Origin: Octopus vulgaris
Taxonomy: Eukaryota
Assembly: GCA_951406725.2 (NCBI GenBank)
Contig: OX597824.1
Span: forward strand, 34,844,001 to 34,908,000
Length of the DNA stretch: 64,000 nucleotides
Direction of reading: 5' to 3'
Under the pieces are notes generated by a model, which had not been told where the DNA came from, made no database searches, and saw only the letters and a list, made by a program, of their open reading frames with translations. Made by a program: the position numbers and the translations under genes. Shown here piece after piece: positions 39,758 through 53,409 of the stretch. Position 1 is the first letter of the stretch. Each line of letters starts with the position of its first letter.

Positions 39758-41195
39758 TAAAAAATATTACCTCTCAGAATTAACACTGACTCCGTCACTA
39801 ATATATACTTTTTTGTGAGGTTATTTGTCTTTATCTCCTGTTCAATTCTGTTCTATGCAATTTTATATCCAGTTATATCTAATTTATCAATAATATCAAA
39901 TGTATGTATCAATTAATATTTCTGAACCAAAACAAGTCAAGGGCTTTTTAAAACAAACTGGTCAGCGAGAAGGGTAGATTGTATGATGCTTTTGTATCAA
40001 GAGTGATGTTGTACAGTAATGAGATGTAGGGCTTGAATACAAAAGATTTGCAAAGGCCAGGGAAATATGAAATAAGCATGCTCCAATGGATGTGTAATGT
40101 TTAGTACGCATGACAAACAAGGCATAAATGAGCTGAGAGCAAATTTGGACACAAGTTGTTCTGTGCAAGAGAGAAAACTGTGCTGTTATGGATATGTGAA
40201 GCATATGAAAGATGTCAATTGTATAAAGAAGTACCAAGGGGTCAAAGGGAATGGAATCCCATGTAATCTGGTGTTTGTGAAGGAAATTAGAATTATACTA
40301 AGAATGACATGGAACAAAGAGGTGAACACTGCTCTAAAGAGGTAGAATCTCATGAAAAAGACAACAAAAAACTATACTGAGCAGTAACTTATAATGTTGA
40401 GGAAGACCAATGCAACCATCCATAAAAGCAGAGCAAACTGAATAATAAGATGGCATGGTTGTATAACATGTGTTTAGATCTCTTCTCCATTATTCTCTTG
40501 TTAAGTTTTCCCTATTGCACTCCTCCTCATTATTCTCTCATCTATCATTCACTCTCCATCCTTTCACTATATGAGACTACTTATGTGAGTTGATATAGTG
40601 AAAGGACAGAGACTGTCTCCTGCCTATCACTCTTACTTTCTCTATCATGCCTTTCATAGGTCTTTATCATATCTCTCTTCCATCATGTTTCATGCCTCCT
40701 CTCCCTCACATTACTCTGCTTTCCTCTTCTCACTCACTCCTATCTTACCCTGGTTCTGTCCATGTTATCCTTCTCTTCTTGGTCACAATGTCTAGAATAA
40801 ATGTAGAGAGCATACAGATAATTCTTTGGTCTTACCAAAGATATGACAACCTGTCTAGCGTTGGTGCCATGATAAAAGGTAACAGTATATTCTGTGAAGT
40901 TGTTGGTGTTCAAAAGAGCATCCAGCCAATGAAACTATGCCAAAAATCAAATGAGACATGGTGAGAATAGTCCCTAGCCCTTCTAGGAGGCAGAAATTCC
41001 AAACAAGAACTGATGACTATGATGATACAACCCTCTCCAAGATTATGCCAAGAGATATCTATGATAGGTGTTATGAGGGTGGTGGCAATGATGACGATGA
41101 TGGTGGTGGTGGTAGTAGTGATGGTAATGAAAATGATGATGATGCCACCAGTTTCCTCCAAGATTTTAAATAAATAATAATTTCAGGTTCCTTAC

Positions 41196-41313
41196 TGAGT
41201 GTATCAACTTCCTGAGCAGGAGGATAATTGTTTTCAGATTGCGGCAACGGATAAAGATGAACCAAAATTTCTTTATTTTTTCTTACAGGATGTATTTCAA
41301 ATTCAAAGTTATG
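41196..41313 (-). CDS. IL-17 receptor-like gene exon (118 nt, phase 0-1)
   Basis: tatttgcag|CAT and A|gtaagg; HNFEFEIHPVRKNKEILVHLYPLPQSENNYPPAQEVDTL. Confidence 0.88.
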
Positions 41314-41494
41314 CTGCAAATAAATTTTTTAAATTCTACTAATATAATATAATAGAGTATTTAAAACTGTTTGCTTTAATGAAATGTTTGTAGTTATAAG
41401 GCACAAATAAAGGTTACTCTTACCTTGTGATACAATCAGCAACATTCCTTCCATGTCTGAGGTCATGAAAACCAGCAAAACTTAACAGTTCTTC

Positions 41495-43515
41495 AACACA
41501 TGTCCTCCACCCAAGCTCTGGCCAGAAAGAACTAGAACCCACTACTTCTTGAAGTGATGTCACTTCCAGTCCTTCATCCCTCCTGACCCCTTCCCTACTG
41601 ATCTAAAAAAACCACTGCTTCTCTATTCTGTTTCAAACACGACCATCCACCTGTGGCAGGGAAGAAGGGTGGGGCTTTGACATTCCTTTTGAGATGTTTA
41701 CAAGATCACAGGGCCAGCCTCTCCCACCTCTTTATCATCAGAGGAGTTAACAATCCTCTCAGTGTCCAAGAATTCACGGCATTCCATCCATCGATATATT
41801 ATTTCGAGTACCGATTGTGGTCACCTTTCCTTTCTCCCACTGCATTGTGCCCTGAGCACTAGGAGGCTTCACCCACACTTCATCTCTGATCAGTACAGAT
41901 GTGACCCCATCCACCTCTGGCTGCTGAAGCACCATACTCAGGTGTCGCCATTTGTACTGGAATATGGCTCTTTGCAGGATTGCCCTATCCAAGGCAACAT
42001 GTAGTACCAGAAGATTGCCTCTATCAGGGAGATTTTTTCCCTCTTGACCATAGATTTGATTGTACAAAGGTGTCGTTTTACAATCCCGTTTCCACTGGGC
42101 CGGTACACATCTCTGAAGAAATGTCTGATATTCCATCTTCCAAGCATTTCCCTCAGCTGCTCTGAGTGAAAAACTGTGCCATTGTCTATCAACAGCTCAT
42201 CTACTAGACCCTTTTCTTAGAACACTGCATTCAGCAATTCTGCAATTTAGGCCACAGTGTCTTCCCTGATCTCACACCATACAACTATTCACTCTGGCCA
42301 ACAGTCAACCATTGAGAGGTATACCATTTACTGACAGTGTGTGATGTCTATTGCTAGTCTCTTCCAGCCTTCCTCTATTTGAATCTTTCCTGTTTCATGC
42401 ATGCTTGGTGCAGAGTCGATGGACTCACACTCGTCACAATTCCTAACTACCTTCCAAAAACTCTCCCTGATGATATCAGGATCAACCGTCCTGACCAAAA
42501 ACCGCTTCTCAATCCCAAAGTGGTGCATGTTGTGCAGCCTCCTCATTTCTGGACCCTCCAGCCAACGAGCTGCAGCCACTCTGCTCAGAATGAAGTCTGT
42601 TATTTCCAACCAGTGTTTCTTTAATCTGATCAGAACATCTACCTTATTCTTTTCTGAAGGCATGCAGACTATGTACAGCTTTAGGCTGAATTCAGCAGCT
42701 AGTTCCCTCAAAATTCTCAGGTGATACTTAATCCCTATTTCCACAACCCTTTTCATGTGGATCTTCTTCTGTTTGATCACCAATGCCACATGCACCCATA
42801 CCATGGCAGAATCAGTCTGAATCACAACAGCTCACAGTCCCTGTCTCAGCGCTAGGTTCACACCCTTTAATACAGCATCCAGTTTGGCTACAGTGATGTG
42901 GTTGTAGTCGTCTTTCTTCCTAAGTCATGCCACATCTTCCACTTCAACACCTATTTCCAGAATGACTTCCAACACTATATTACTTGTGTCACACCACATG
43001 ATCCTTTTTTTTTTTGTGTGTGTGTGTGTGTGTGTCAGGCACATACCAACTGCCCTTCACCAGATCTTTTGCTTGCACTTCTCCAAGACATCTCGCATCA
43101 TTGCAATTACCTTTTCACCCACTTTATCACCCCAGTTCACTAGTCAGTTCACTGATGCCCCTACACCTGATCTCCCTACCATCCACTGCATTGACACTGG
43201 TGTTTCTTCATCAGATCTCAACCATTCCTGCAGTCACCAGGGTTGTTGTGTAACCCAGACCCACCAGAACCCTTATTACAGGCAATGATCCCTCCAAGCA
43301 TCAGGTCACAGCGACCACCAAAACTTAACGGTAGTATTCACATGTTTCCTCCACCCAAGCTCTAGCCAGAAGGAGTTACAGCCCTCAGATCATTCTCAAC
43401 ACACATCCATTGTTCACAACACACTCACAAGAAAGAGACTGTTTTGAACCCACCACTTCTGGAAGTGATGTCATTTTCCTTCAATTTCAGTCCCTCATCC
43501 TTCCTTCCACCTTCC
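41495..43515 (-). mobile_element. Decayed Gypsy-type LTR retrotransposon (RNase H and integrase) with LTR-like direct repeats
   Basis: LDAVLKGVNLAL, TDSA, WKRLAIDITH, DNGTVF, YRPSGNGIVKR; cctccacccaagctct.gccagaa and gaagtgatgtca repeated at about 41500 and about 43340-43470. Confidence 0.85.
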
Positions 43516-44655
43516 TCCACAACTTTATAATAGTAATTTTGATTATATTAAAAGATAGAAACACTCAGCTATTTTACCCTGTTATCATTTTTCTTTGTCT
43601 TCATCTAATTCCACAAGAATTATGTAAACAATTCTTTGTTAGTCCATTTATATCAATTTAGGTATCATTTGAAGTGACTACACATATTTTGCAGGTATTT
43701 TAATATCTTATACCAAAGCTTCTTGCACTTCTTATCTTCATTGACATTTATCATTATCAACAACAATCACAGTTTTTTACCTGTGTCTATTAGAACCTTG
43801 CTGATCCTCCTCACTTCTATCTCAATTACTTTTTTCATCACAAATTAAACATTAAATTCACAATCACTTTTTCTCAATATCTCTGGCTCTACCATTTATA
43901 TAGTAAAGAATGCCTACTCTTTTAAATACAAGGAAATGTGATAATTCTTCTTTATACATGCTTACTTCAAATCTGTTGTTGATGTTAGTCTTCAATAAGT
44001 CATGTACTAGCAGACCCATTACATACATGTTACACACATGTAAACCTAATGAAGAACATTTCTTCTTCATTAGCTCTTTTATAACCTTCAAGGCTCAACA
44101 ACTTCTACTTTCTGCAGTCCAAGCCAAAAAACATTCACATCTTACTTTAATTTTCCAATTTTTTCCTTCAAAAGGAACAAATACTTACCAAACCATTTCG
44201 TCAGAAGTCCCTTCCTCCAGCAACATCCAAAATAGAACTTTCGCTCCAAGAGTCCACATTGGTCTCTTTGTCTCTAACATTATCTTTATAATCAACCTTA
44301 AAATTTAGTTCAACATCACCAAATACTTCAACTTCACCAAGCTAATGAGAGAACTTCTATATGGTTGCTTAACCTACTAAATATAAAAGTTAAATACCCC
44401 TCAAATCACTTCCTATCCTGTTTCTAAAATGAAAGTATTTGGTAACATATTCCTAGAAACACTCTCTATGAATAAAATACAAGGTGGTCAAGACTGAAGT
44501 ACTTCTGATCAAAAGTCAGCTAGATCAGGGCTAAAAAATAATTTCATCTCCAGCAAATCAGCAATACAACATGCAGGGTCTGTAATATATTCCATGTAGA
44601 TGACCACCTTCCTGGGGTTAAGGAAAGATTCTTTAAAGATAGAAATTGTACTCAC

Positions 44656-44768
44656 ATTACTAATGGATTTGTTCTTCAGAAATTCAGAAAAGTCCAAAAT
44701 TCTACAGATTTTTATACCAGAATCTTTATACTCATATTCAATTTTAAATCCTTTTAAATGGGTTAAAT
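44656..44768 (-). CDS. IL-17 receptor-like gene exon (113 nt, phase 1-0)
   Basis: ttttaatag|AT and AAT|gtgagt; (N)LTHLKGFKIEYEYKDSGIKICRILDFSEFLKNKSISN. Confidence 0.88.
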
Positions 44769-45071
44769 CTATTAAAACAAAATAATATATATATATATAT
44801 ATATTTTTATCTTTTATTAAACTTTTAATACTTTTGATATTTATATAAAAAAAAAATTGATGAATAAATAAATTAATAAATAAAATAATATATAAATATA
44901 AAAATATACATACATATATATATTTGTATATATATATATATTTAAAATTTATAAGTTTAAATTATTTAAATAATTTTTTAATTTTTATATTTTTAAATTA
45001 ATTTTATGTATTGGCTTTTGTTTTTCACTGTTTGATTTGCCTAATAGTGGTTTTATCTCTAATTTAATATA

Positions 45072-45120
<49 letters not shown>

Positions 45121-45204
45121 TAAATATGTATGTATATATATGTACGTATATATGCATGTTTATATATATGTACGCATGTATATAAATGTGTGCATGTGTA
45201 TGTA

Positions 45205-46930
45205 TCATCATCATCATCGTTTAACGTCTGTTTTCCATGCTGGCATAGGTTGGATGGTTTGACTGAGGTCTGGAGAGCCAGCAACTGCACCAGGCTCCAA
45301 TCTGATCTGGCAAAGTTTCTACAGCTGGATACCCTTCCTAACGCCAACCACTCCAAGAGTGTAGTGGGTGCTTTTTACATGCCACCAGCACAGGTGCCAG
45401 TCAGGCAAGCCTGACATCGATCACACTCAGATAGTGCTTTTTATGTGCTACCAGCATGGGGGGTGGAGGATGGGTGATATCAGTGGGTACTGGCATTGGC
45501 CACATTCGGATGGTGCTTTTTACAAGCCACCAGCATGAGAGCCAGTCAGTGGGTAATGGCATCAGCCACATTTGGATGGTGCTCTTTATGTGCCACTGGC
45601 ATAGGAGCCAGTCAGGGGGCACTGGTCACAGGTACGATATTGGTTTTACCCAACTCAACACTTCTTCTCAAGCATATCATATCACATGACGCATCAGGGG
45701 TACTCTTAACTGGGCTGGACATGCGTGGCTGTTATCTCACTTTAGTTGCCAGGTCTTCTCAATCACAGCATATCTTCAAAGGTTTTGATCTCCTGTCATT
45801 GCCTCTGTGAGGCCCGATGTTCAAAGGTCATACTTCACCACCTCATCCCATGTCTTCCTGAGTCTACCTCTTTCACAGGTTCCTTCCACAGTTAGGGAGT
45901 GGCACTTCCTCATGCAGCTGTCCTCATCCATATGTAACATATGACCATACCACTGCAGTAGTCTCTCTTGCACACCACATCTGATGCTTCTTACGCACGC
46001 CCAACTTTTCTCTCAGGGCACTTACACTCTGTCGTGTATGCGCACTGACATTACACATCCAGCGGATCATACTACCTTCATTTCTTTGAAGCCTACGTAT
46101 GTCCTCTAGTCATGGCCATGTTTCACTGCTGTGTAGCATGACAGTTTGCACACATGCATCATACAGTCTACCTTTTATCCTGAGCAAGAGGCCCTTAGCT
46201 GCCAGCAGAGGTAGGAGCTCCCTGAACATTGCCCAGGCAATCCTTATTCTAACCACTACACTCTCAGAGCAACCACCCCCACTACAGACTTGGTTACCCA
46301 GGTAGCAGAAGCTATTAACTACTTCTAGTTTCTCTTCCTGGCATGTAATGGAATCGGTTTTCTGTGTGTTTTCAGCATTTCAGTGTTTATTGCCTCAGTG
46401 CATCTGCCACACACAAAAACTATTTTCTTGGTTAACCTTCCTTTGATATTGCTGCACCTTTTATCTGTCCATAGCTTACACTGGGTACATCATATGGAGT
46501 CTCTACCCATGCCTTTTCTACAGATAGAGCAGGGCCATCTACCTGAAGAGGATTGTGATTTGACAGCCTTCCTACTTACGAAGACTTTGGTTTTTGATAG
46601 GTTAACCCTAAGGCTCTTCAATGCTAGACATTGCTTCCACACCCTAAACTTTGTCTCTAATTCTCGCAGTGACTCGGCTTTTAGGTAAAGGTCATCAGCA
46701 AAGAGGAGTTCCCAGGGGCAGCCTATCTTGAATTTTTCTGTTATTGCCTGGAGAACTATAATGAATAAGAGGGGGCTGAGGACTGATCCTTGGTGAACCC
46801 CTACTTCTATTCAGAATTCTTCACTATACTTGTTGCTACCTCTCACCTTATTGACAGCATTCTTGTACAGGGCTTGTACAGCTCTTACCAACAACTCATC
46901 TATTCCCAGTTTCCACATTGACCACCAGAT
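45205..46930 (-). mobile_element. RTE LINE 3' half with family C tail
   Basis: GVHQGSVLSPLLFIIV, ELLFADDL, FCYLG, LYDACV on the minus strand; (gat)n tail at about 45205. Confidence 0.9.
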
Positions 46931-46939
46931 AAAGGTACC

Positions 46940-49045
46940 GAGTATATTACAGAAATGTGTATTATTATTTACATTTGATGGATATTTGTCCTCATCTTGT
47001 TTGTTGTTAACACAACGTTTCGGTTGATGTACTCTCCAGCCTTCATCAGGTGTCATGGAGGAATTTCGAACCTGGGTCCTCATTCTTTAGGTATTTTTCT
47101 GAAGTTGCTTTTGCTATTATTCAGGTCACTGCCTTGAATTGAACTCGGAATCTTGGTGTTAGTAGCTGCGCTATATGCCCATAGGCAATTATGGAGTGAA
47201 TTTTAGGGCTTATAAATCTAATATTTTTCTATCCTTCCTTAATATCAGTTTCCATATGCTACTCATATCTGCACTAGATCTGTTTAGGAGGTTATTTTGT
47301 CCTAACATATGTGCTGCCTCTTTTAGTTTTTGTATTTTCTAGTGGTGTTCTCTGTCTATTATTTTAACTTCATCCCACAGGGTGAGGTGATCTCCATTTT
47401 TCCATACATGATCAGCTATACTCGATTTATCAATATCTCCTCATGTCTCAGCTTTGTGATGTTCATCTACCCTTATTTTGAGGGGCTGGCATGTTTCACC
47501 TTTGTATAACCTGCCACAGCTGCATGCAATGGAATACACACAGTCTTTGGTCATATTCTCTTCTATTGGTGGTTTTACTCAAAGGAGATATTTGCAAAGT
47601 GTTGTATTACTCTTGAATACTGTCCTGTCATAGGGGTCACATATTTTTTGTATTTTTTCAGAGAGGTCTTTCACATAGGGTAGACAGACTGTGGTCCTCT
47701 TTTCTCTTCATAATTGGAGTGGACAGTATGTTTTGGGGGTAATTGTTGCTTAATAGATTGTTACTTAGCTTGATCATTTCTTCATGGTGTGTATGAGGAT
47801 GGCTACTTATATATTTTGCTCAATGTTTTGGGCACTGAGCAATCCCTCTCTTTACACTGTTTGGATGGTGGGAATTGAAGTTGAGGTATCGACCAGTGAA
47901 GGTTGGCTTGCAGTATACAGATGTTCTGGATCTATATTTGGTGCATGTTATTATGATGTCCAGGAATGCTAGCTGATTGTCTTTCTCCTTTTCCATTGTG
48001 AACTGTATGGATGGCTTTATTGAGTTTACATGATCTAACAGTACTTTACATCTTCCTGGTGGGGCCAGAGTATAAAAATGTCATCAACATATTGCAGCCA
48101 TATGGTTGGTTTTAGTGTTGTTGATCCTAAAACCAAATTCTCAAAGTATTCCAGGTATATATTGCCTATTATCAGTGATAATGGCGAACCCATAGCTAAA
48201 CCCTCTTCCTGTCAATATATATCAGTGTCCATTCTGAAGTAGGTAGTTTCTATACAGAAGATCAACATTTCCATAAAGGCTCCTATTGGTACATTTGTGC
48301 ATTCTTTTAGATAGGTGTATGTTACCAGTTTTTCTTGAATCACTGATAGTGCTTCATCAGTTGGGACTTTGGTGAACAGACTTATCACATCTAGACTCAC
48401 CATCTGGTTTGATCCAATGAGGGTATCCTTGATCAATTCTGTGAAGTGGATGGAATTCTTTACATATGATGTTGACTTTCCTACTAATGGACTGATTATA
48501 TCCACAAGGAAGCAGCTCAGTGGATGACATGCTGTGACATGAAGAGATATTGATAAATCAGGTATAACTGATCATGTATGGAAAACCGGAGACCACCTCA
48601 CTCTGTAGGATGAAGTTAAAATAATAGATAGAGAACACCACTGGAAAATATGAAAATTAAAAGAGGCAGCATATATGCTAGGACATAATAATCTCTTAAG
48701 TAGACCTAGTGCAGATATGAGTAGCATACAGGAATAGGTATTAAGGAAGGATAGGAAAATATTAGATTTATAAGCTCTAAAATTCACTCCTTAATTGCTC
48801 ATGGGCATATGGCATAGTGATTAAGAGCGTGGGCTACTAACTCCAAGATTCCGAGTTCAATTCCAAGCAGTGACCTGAATAACAATAATAACATCAGCAA
48901 AATATCTTAAGAATGAGGACCCAGGTTCGAAATTCCCCCAGGAATGAGGGCTGGAGGGTACATCAGCTGAAACTTTGTGTTAACAACAAACAAGATGAAG
49001 ACAAATGTAAATAATGTACATAATTCTTCATCTCTCAAATATAGA
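46940..49045 (-). mobile_element. Penelope/Poseidon-like element (RT and GIY-YIG) with an inverted copy of its 3' end at about 48540-49045
   Basis: YVKNSIHF, MVSLDVISLFTKVP, GLAMGSPLS, QYVDD, CVYSIACSCGRLYKGET; 48540-49020 is the reverse complement of about 46950-47445. Confidence 0.92.
47009..47054 (-). ncRNA. Minimal hammerhead ribozyme in the PLE terminal repeat
   Basis: gacac CTGATGA aggctgg..tcaacc GAAAC GTT gtgtt. Stem III is reduced to the palindrome AACGTT. The inverted copy near 48945-48980 has lost the CTGATGA core. Confidence 0.7.
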
Positions 49046-49054
49046 ACTGAAAAA

Positions 49055-49340
49055 TGTATATTGCAGCAATTCCACAGTTCCACAGTGGACACCTGGGAAT
49101 GTCAAAGATGAAAGCTACGTCTACTGGCTGATATTGAAAATTTGGTGAGAACTTATTGAGCCCCATCGGTAAAATATCATGGCCAGAGACTGAGAACCCA
49201 TGGTATAGGGTACATATTGGTGCATATAGCTGTACAGAGGTATGCAGGTGCAATAAGCCAACCACTAAGACAACTATAAAGCTTCTATATGAATTGTTTG
49301 TGTGATACAGTGTTCCAGACACGTAGTCAGCAGTTCGTAG
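49055..49340 (+). mobile_element. Gypsy integrase fragment
   Basis: FHSGHLGMSKMKA, YVYW, DIENLVR, WPETENPWYRVHI. Confidence 0.75.
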
Positions 49341-49863
49341 TTTGGTCTTCAAAGTCAAGGTACAGTTTACAGTTAGAGTATTAGAAATATTGATGGTTGG
49401 TTTGTTGCGTGTTTTTTAATTCTTTATCTGTTGTTGACAATAGCAATGATACTATGATATTGGAGGCATAGGGATATAACATTTACATATTTATAACAAG
49501 AACAGTCCTGCCTTTTACAAAAGTCTTTGTTCCAAAAGAAAAGAAATTTTATTGATAATCAAAACCAGACTTTAGACTCAGCTTGCAAAAGAATTGTCTC
49601 TTATTATTCAGGTCTTGGAATATTGTACAAAATATTAAAATTAAATCAGATATTATACAATAATAACAGATAAAACATCATGATATTCAAATCTTAAGAA
49701 CTAGACCTGGCATAAAATTTAGTACAAAACCTATATAAAAACTAAATTTCTTAATTTGCTTTAAGAAATAGAATCTTTGTCTATGCAGCAAACATTTTTT
49801 GATGGATATGCACCATTTAATTATAACATAATGGCTTATAGAATTTAAGAGAAATTTTCTTAC

Positions 49864-49992
49864 TTGCATTCCACACAGCTTTTATTCCTATTCTTTCATT
49901 TCGCAGGAAATCTGTTAGTTCAAGAATCTCTGGCGTTTCTGGGTACTTTCCATTAGGAAAAGGCTTGAAGACATCCAAATCCTCCTGACAAC
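49864..49992 (-). CDS. IL-17 receptor-like gene exon (129 nt, phase 1-1)
   Basis: tgtttcag|GT and A|gtaaga; CQEDLDVFKPFPNGKYPETPEILELTDFLRNERIGIKAVWNA. Confidence 0.85.
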
Positions 49993-50808
49993 CTGAAACA
50001 TGGAAAATATTTCTTTGAAATCTATTGACATTATAGAAAAAACCCAATTTTTACATCATCAATAGCTCTTGGATATGCATGGACATTCCTGTTGTAGATG
50101 ACAGATGATGGTTCAGCAATTTCTGCATAAAGGATTTGTTTATAAGGATCAAATGTTTGTGCTGTACATAAGTTCGCTCCCTCCCTCAAATCAACATTGC
50201 ATGTACCCGTGTACACTCTGCTACACATCAGATGTCAAAGTATTGGCAGAGTAACATGAGATGAAGTTTTTTTCTCAAGATCACTATGTGCAACCTGGTC
50301 TGGGAATCAAATCAACGATCTTGCAATTATAAGGGCAATGCCCTCATCACTAGGCCATATGCCAACACTGTCGTGTATCCACACTGACATTACACATCCA
50401 GCAGATCATACTAGCTTCATTTCTTTCAAGCCTATGCATGTCCTCAGCATTCATGGTCAATACTTCACTGCCATGTAGCATGGCAGTTCACACACATGCA
50501 TCATACAGTCTACCTTTCATCCTGAGCGAGAGGCCCTTAGTTGCCAGCAGAGGTAAGAGCGCCCTGATACAGTAGAAACATGTGTAGGTCTATTTGAAGC
50601 TTTATTATTTTCATTGGTATTAAATACACCAGGAAACCTATAAGGTTAAAGGTAATATATTTAGAATAATCCAACAGAATATAGCCCGAAATTCTTATCA
50701 TATGAGAATTATTACTGGATTTGTATACTAACTGTTGAATAACCTATTTTGAATACTTAACTGGGAGCACACCAGTAAACATTTAGAGAAATCCCTTACT
50801 TATTACCA

Positions 50809-50854
<46 letters not shown>

Positions 50855-50981
50855 CTTATAAAATAAGGGCAAGAGAAAAATTCTAATGCCAAATATGCCG
50901 AAAAAAGACAAAATTGTCAATAACCATTATAATTTATGCGTCTCGAAACATGCCGATAGAAATTTCTAAAAAATTCCGTTA

Positions 50982-51042
50982 TAACCGTATTGGTCCCAAT
51001 TTCGGGGTTAATTCATAAGAATTTTCCCCTCATCAGCGATTA
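50982..51042 (-). ncRNA. Type I hammerhead ribozyme with complete stem III, in an about 230-bp insert between (TA)n tracts
   Basis: taatcg CTGATGA gggg..cccc GAAA ttg ggac caa TA cggtta; AUA cleavage triplet. Confidence 0.85.
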
Positions 51043-51618
51043 ATACGTAAGACATAAATTTAATAGTTATAAATTAGTTATATATATATATATATATATC
51101 TTATCTTGTCTATCCTTATAAAAAGCGAAGTTGTTAGTATGTTGACCGCCAAAAACACTAAATAAAGTTGATAATATTTTAAGATTTTCGTATCATTTAA
51201 ATTAATTTAACCATTCTACAGATAACCGTTCTTATTTTCGAAAAATGAATTGGTGGGGAGGGGGCAGTTGGTAGTGTATTGGCTCCTATTTCTAGCAATC
51301 CATGTACTGTCTATTTCATTGTAATGCCGTGTACACCTATCACACAATTCACCTCCAACTTTCTCTAAGTTTATACATTACATTTATTCCTTTGAAGTCA
51401 CTGCCAGTTCTCTGCTTTCTCTCTCTATATATATATGTTCCTCTCTATACTTCTATCTCTCTTACTGTCTCCTTCCTTCCCTCCACCCTCTCTCTCTCTC
51501 TCTCTCTGTGGTTGTATATGAGTCTCTCTCACTACCTCTTCCTCTTTTTCTCTGTAGAGAAAAAAATATGTGAGGGAGATAGAAAGGGGGCTAGAGAGAA
51601 AAAACAAGTGAGACAGAC

Positions 51619-51661
<43 letters not shown>

Positions 51662-51663
<2 letters not shown>

Positions 51664-52480
51664 CAGGGTGCAGTGAATAAATTATCATCTAAATTACACA
51701 AAAATGAAAATAACACTGACATCTCATTTTAATAGATATATTTACCAAAAATTACATAAAAATATCTTGAAATACTAAAGAGTAAATTGATTCAACAAAA
51801 TCCCCAGATGACTTCAGAATCTCTTGCAACTCTTCTGGACAGTCTCCTTGTTTAAGTTGGTGAATGTTGCTATAATCCTTGCCTTCAGTTTATCTTTGGT
51901 GTTACAAGGAATTTTGTTGGTCTCTCACTCAACTGCGCCCCACACATAATAATGAAGTGGCTTGTAGTCTAGGGAGTAAGGTGACCAGATGTTAGGGGTG
52001 ATGTGCTTGCAGAAATTGTATGACGGCCATGACTGGGTTCTCCTGCTTGTGTGGCATGGTGTAGAGACCTGTTGCTAGACATAAGGTCTTCCAGCAGCCA
52101 CCCTCTTGGCCCAAGGCAGCAGCACCACCTCCTCCAGGCACTTGATGTAAGCCTCTGTGTCGAGTCTAAGGCCATGTGGGAAGGTGAATGGAGGCATAAT
52201 GCCACTAGTAATCACTCGAAACACCATGATGTTGACTGGATGTTTGATTTTTATCACTCTCAGTACAAGTTTTAGGGACATGGCAGGCCAATGGTTGTTC
52301 TGTATGTTCATCATCTGATCCTGGTAGAAATTTTTCTTGTCTGAGAAAAACCAAAGCATATTTGGTAGGAGGGGATGCTCGAGTTTGTTCAAAAGCTTTG
52401 TAGCGCAGTCTTTCCTCTTGTCATTGATGGTTTGGGATAAAAATTAGCCCTTTCTCATCTTGTATGAGGAATACTGAATG
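51662..52480 (-). mobile_element. Tc1/mariner (maT/DD37D-like) transposase 3' part with one TIR
   Basis: WFFSDKKNF, MVFRVITS..MPPFTFPHGLRLDTEAYIKCLE, GRPYV; TA-cagggtg terminus. Confidence 0.85.
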
Positions 52481-53247
52481 AATTAAGACACTAGGATATT
52501 TTCCTACTTTTCTTAACATGAAACCGTTGCTAACCTTCATTCACAAATAAAAAAAATTACACACACACACACACACATGTGCACACACGCATGCACACAC
52601 TAGTACTTTGTTTAATTTCATGTCAGTTACCATTTGCTAATGTCATCACCACTGTTATGCCCACTTTACCATTTTTGTACCAACACGTACATTAAAGTCA
52701 CCAACCATGATAAGCGGATGTCACAGAAATAGTTATTTTGCTGCTCATCCCTCAATCCAGACTGAGGTGTCTCAGTTGATATAACCACTGCTTTTGTTTC
52801 TCACCTAATTTTAAATTTATTCTGTCACATACTCCGACTACCTCAACCACTCTATTCAATTTCTTTGCATGCGACATACATTCCCAACCTACAGACATGT
52901 GGTTACCCAACTAAAAGAATTTGTACAAGTGTTTATTGCCTGCGAAGGGCCTGGCAGAAGCTCCCCTGTCTATCAACACTTTGAGCCAGCACACATCTAC
53001 CTTTTTTCTCTCTAATATCACTACAATATTTCCAGATCTATTTTTCATCACATTAACAAAATTGTTTATCAAATAGTTTCAATGGTGGTTATGATCGGAT
53101 TGCTGATATGAAATAATTGAAAAATGTAAAATGATAAATTCTACATGTGTTTCAACATAATAAAAGAAAAAAGAGGTACATTAATATGGATAAATATGAT
53201 TCTAGTATAATTTTTCAGTCTGAGAGGTAGTTTAATTAAATACTTAC

Positions 53248-53275
53248 AGCTTGTCTTATAAAGATAATAAGGTGC
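53248..53275 (-). CDS. IL-17 receptor-like gene, candidate 28-nt micro-exon (phase 0-1)
   Basis: Long poly-T tract plus cag| acceptor, |gtaagt donor; APYYLYKTS+T joins in frame to the exon starting at 49992. Confidence 0.6.
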
Positions 53276-53409
53276 CTGAAAAAAAAAAAAAAGAGGAATT
53301 TTTAAAAAATATTTCACTTCCTGGGAATTTAAATTTAACTAAAACATTTAGCTAAAACACGTGTCTCAGGGTGTGCTATAGAATTTCTATTTTGGATATA
53401 TTTGGGGTA

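Noticed and set aside
43560-44330. ORFs 43864-44091 and 43910-44308
   Set aside because: No recognisable motif or fitting splice phases; probably decayed repeat.
48940-48985. Second hammerhead of the Poseidon-like element
   Set aside because: The core is mutated (ggaatga); likely inactive.
50031-50228. Minus-strand ORF as a frameshifted extension of the 49992 exon
   Set aside because: It appears to be the body of a SINE whose head is at about 50365, and a good acceptor exists at 49993.
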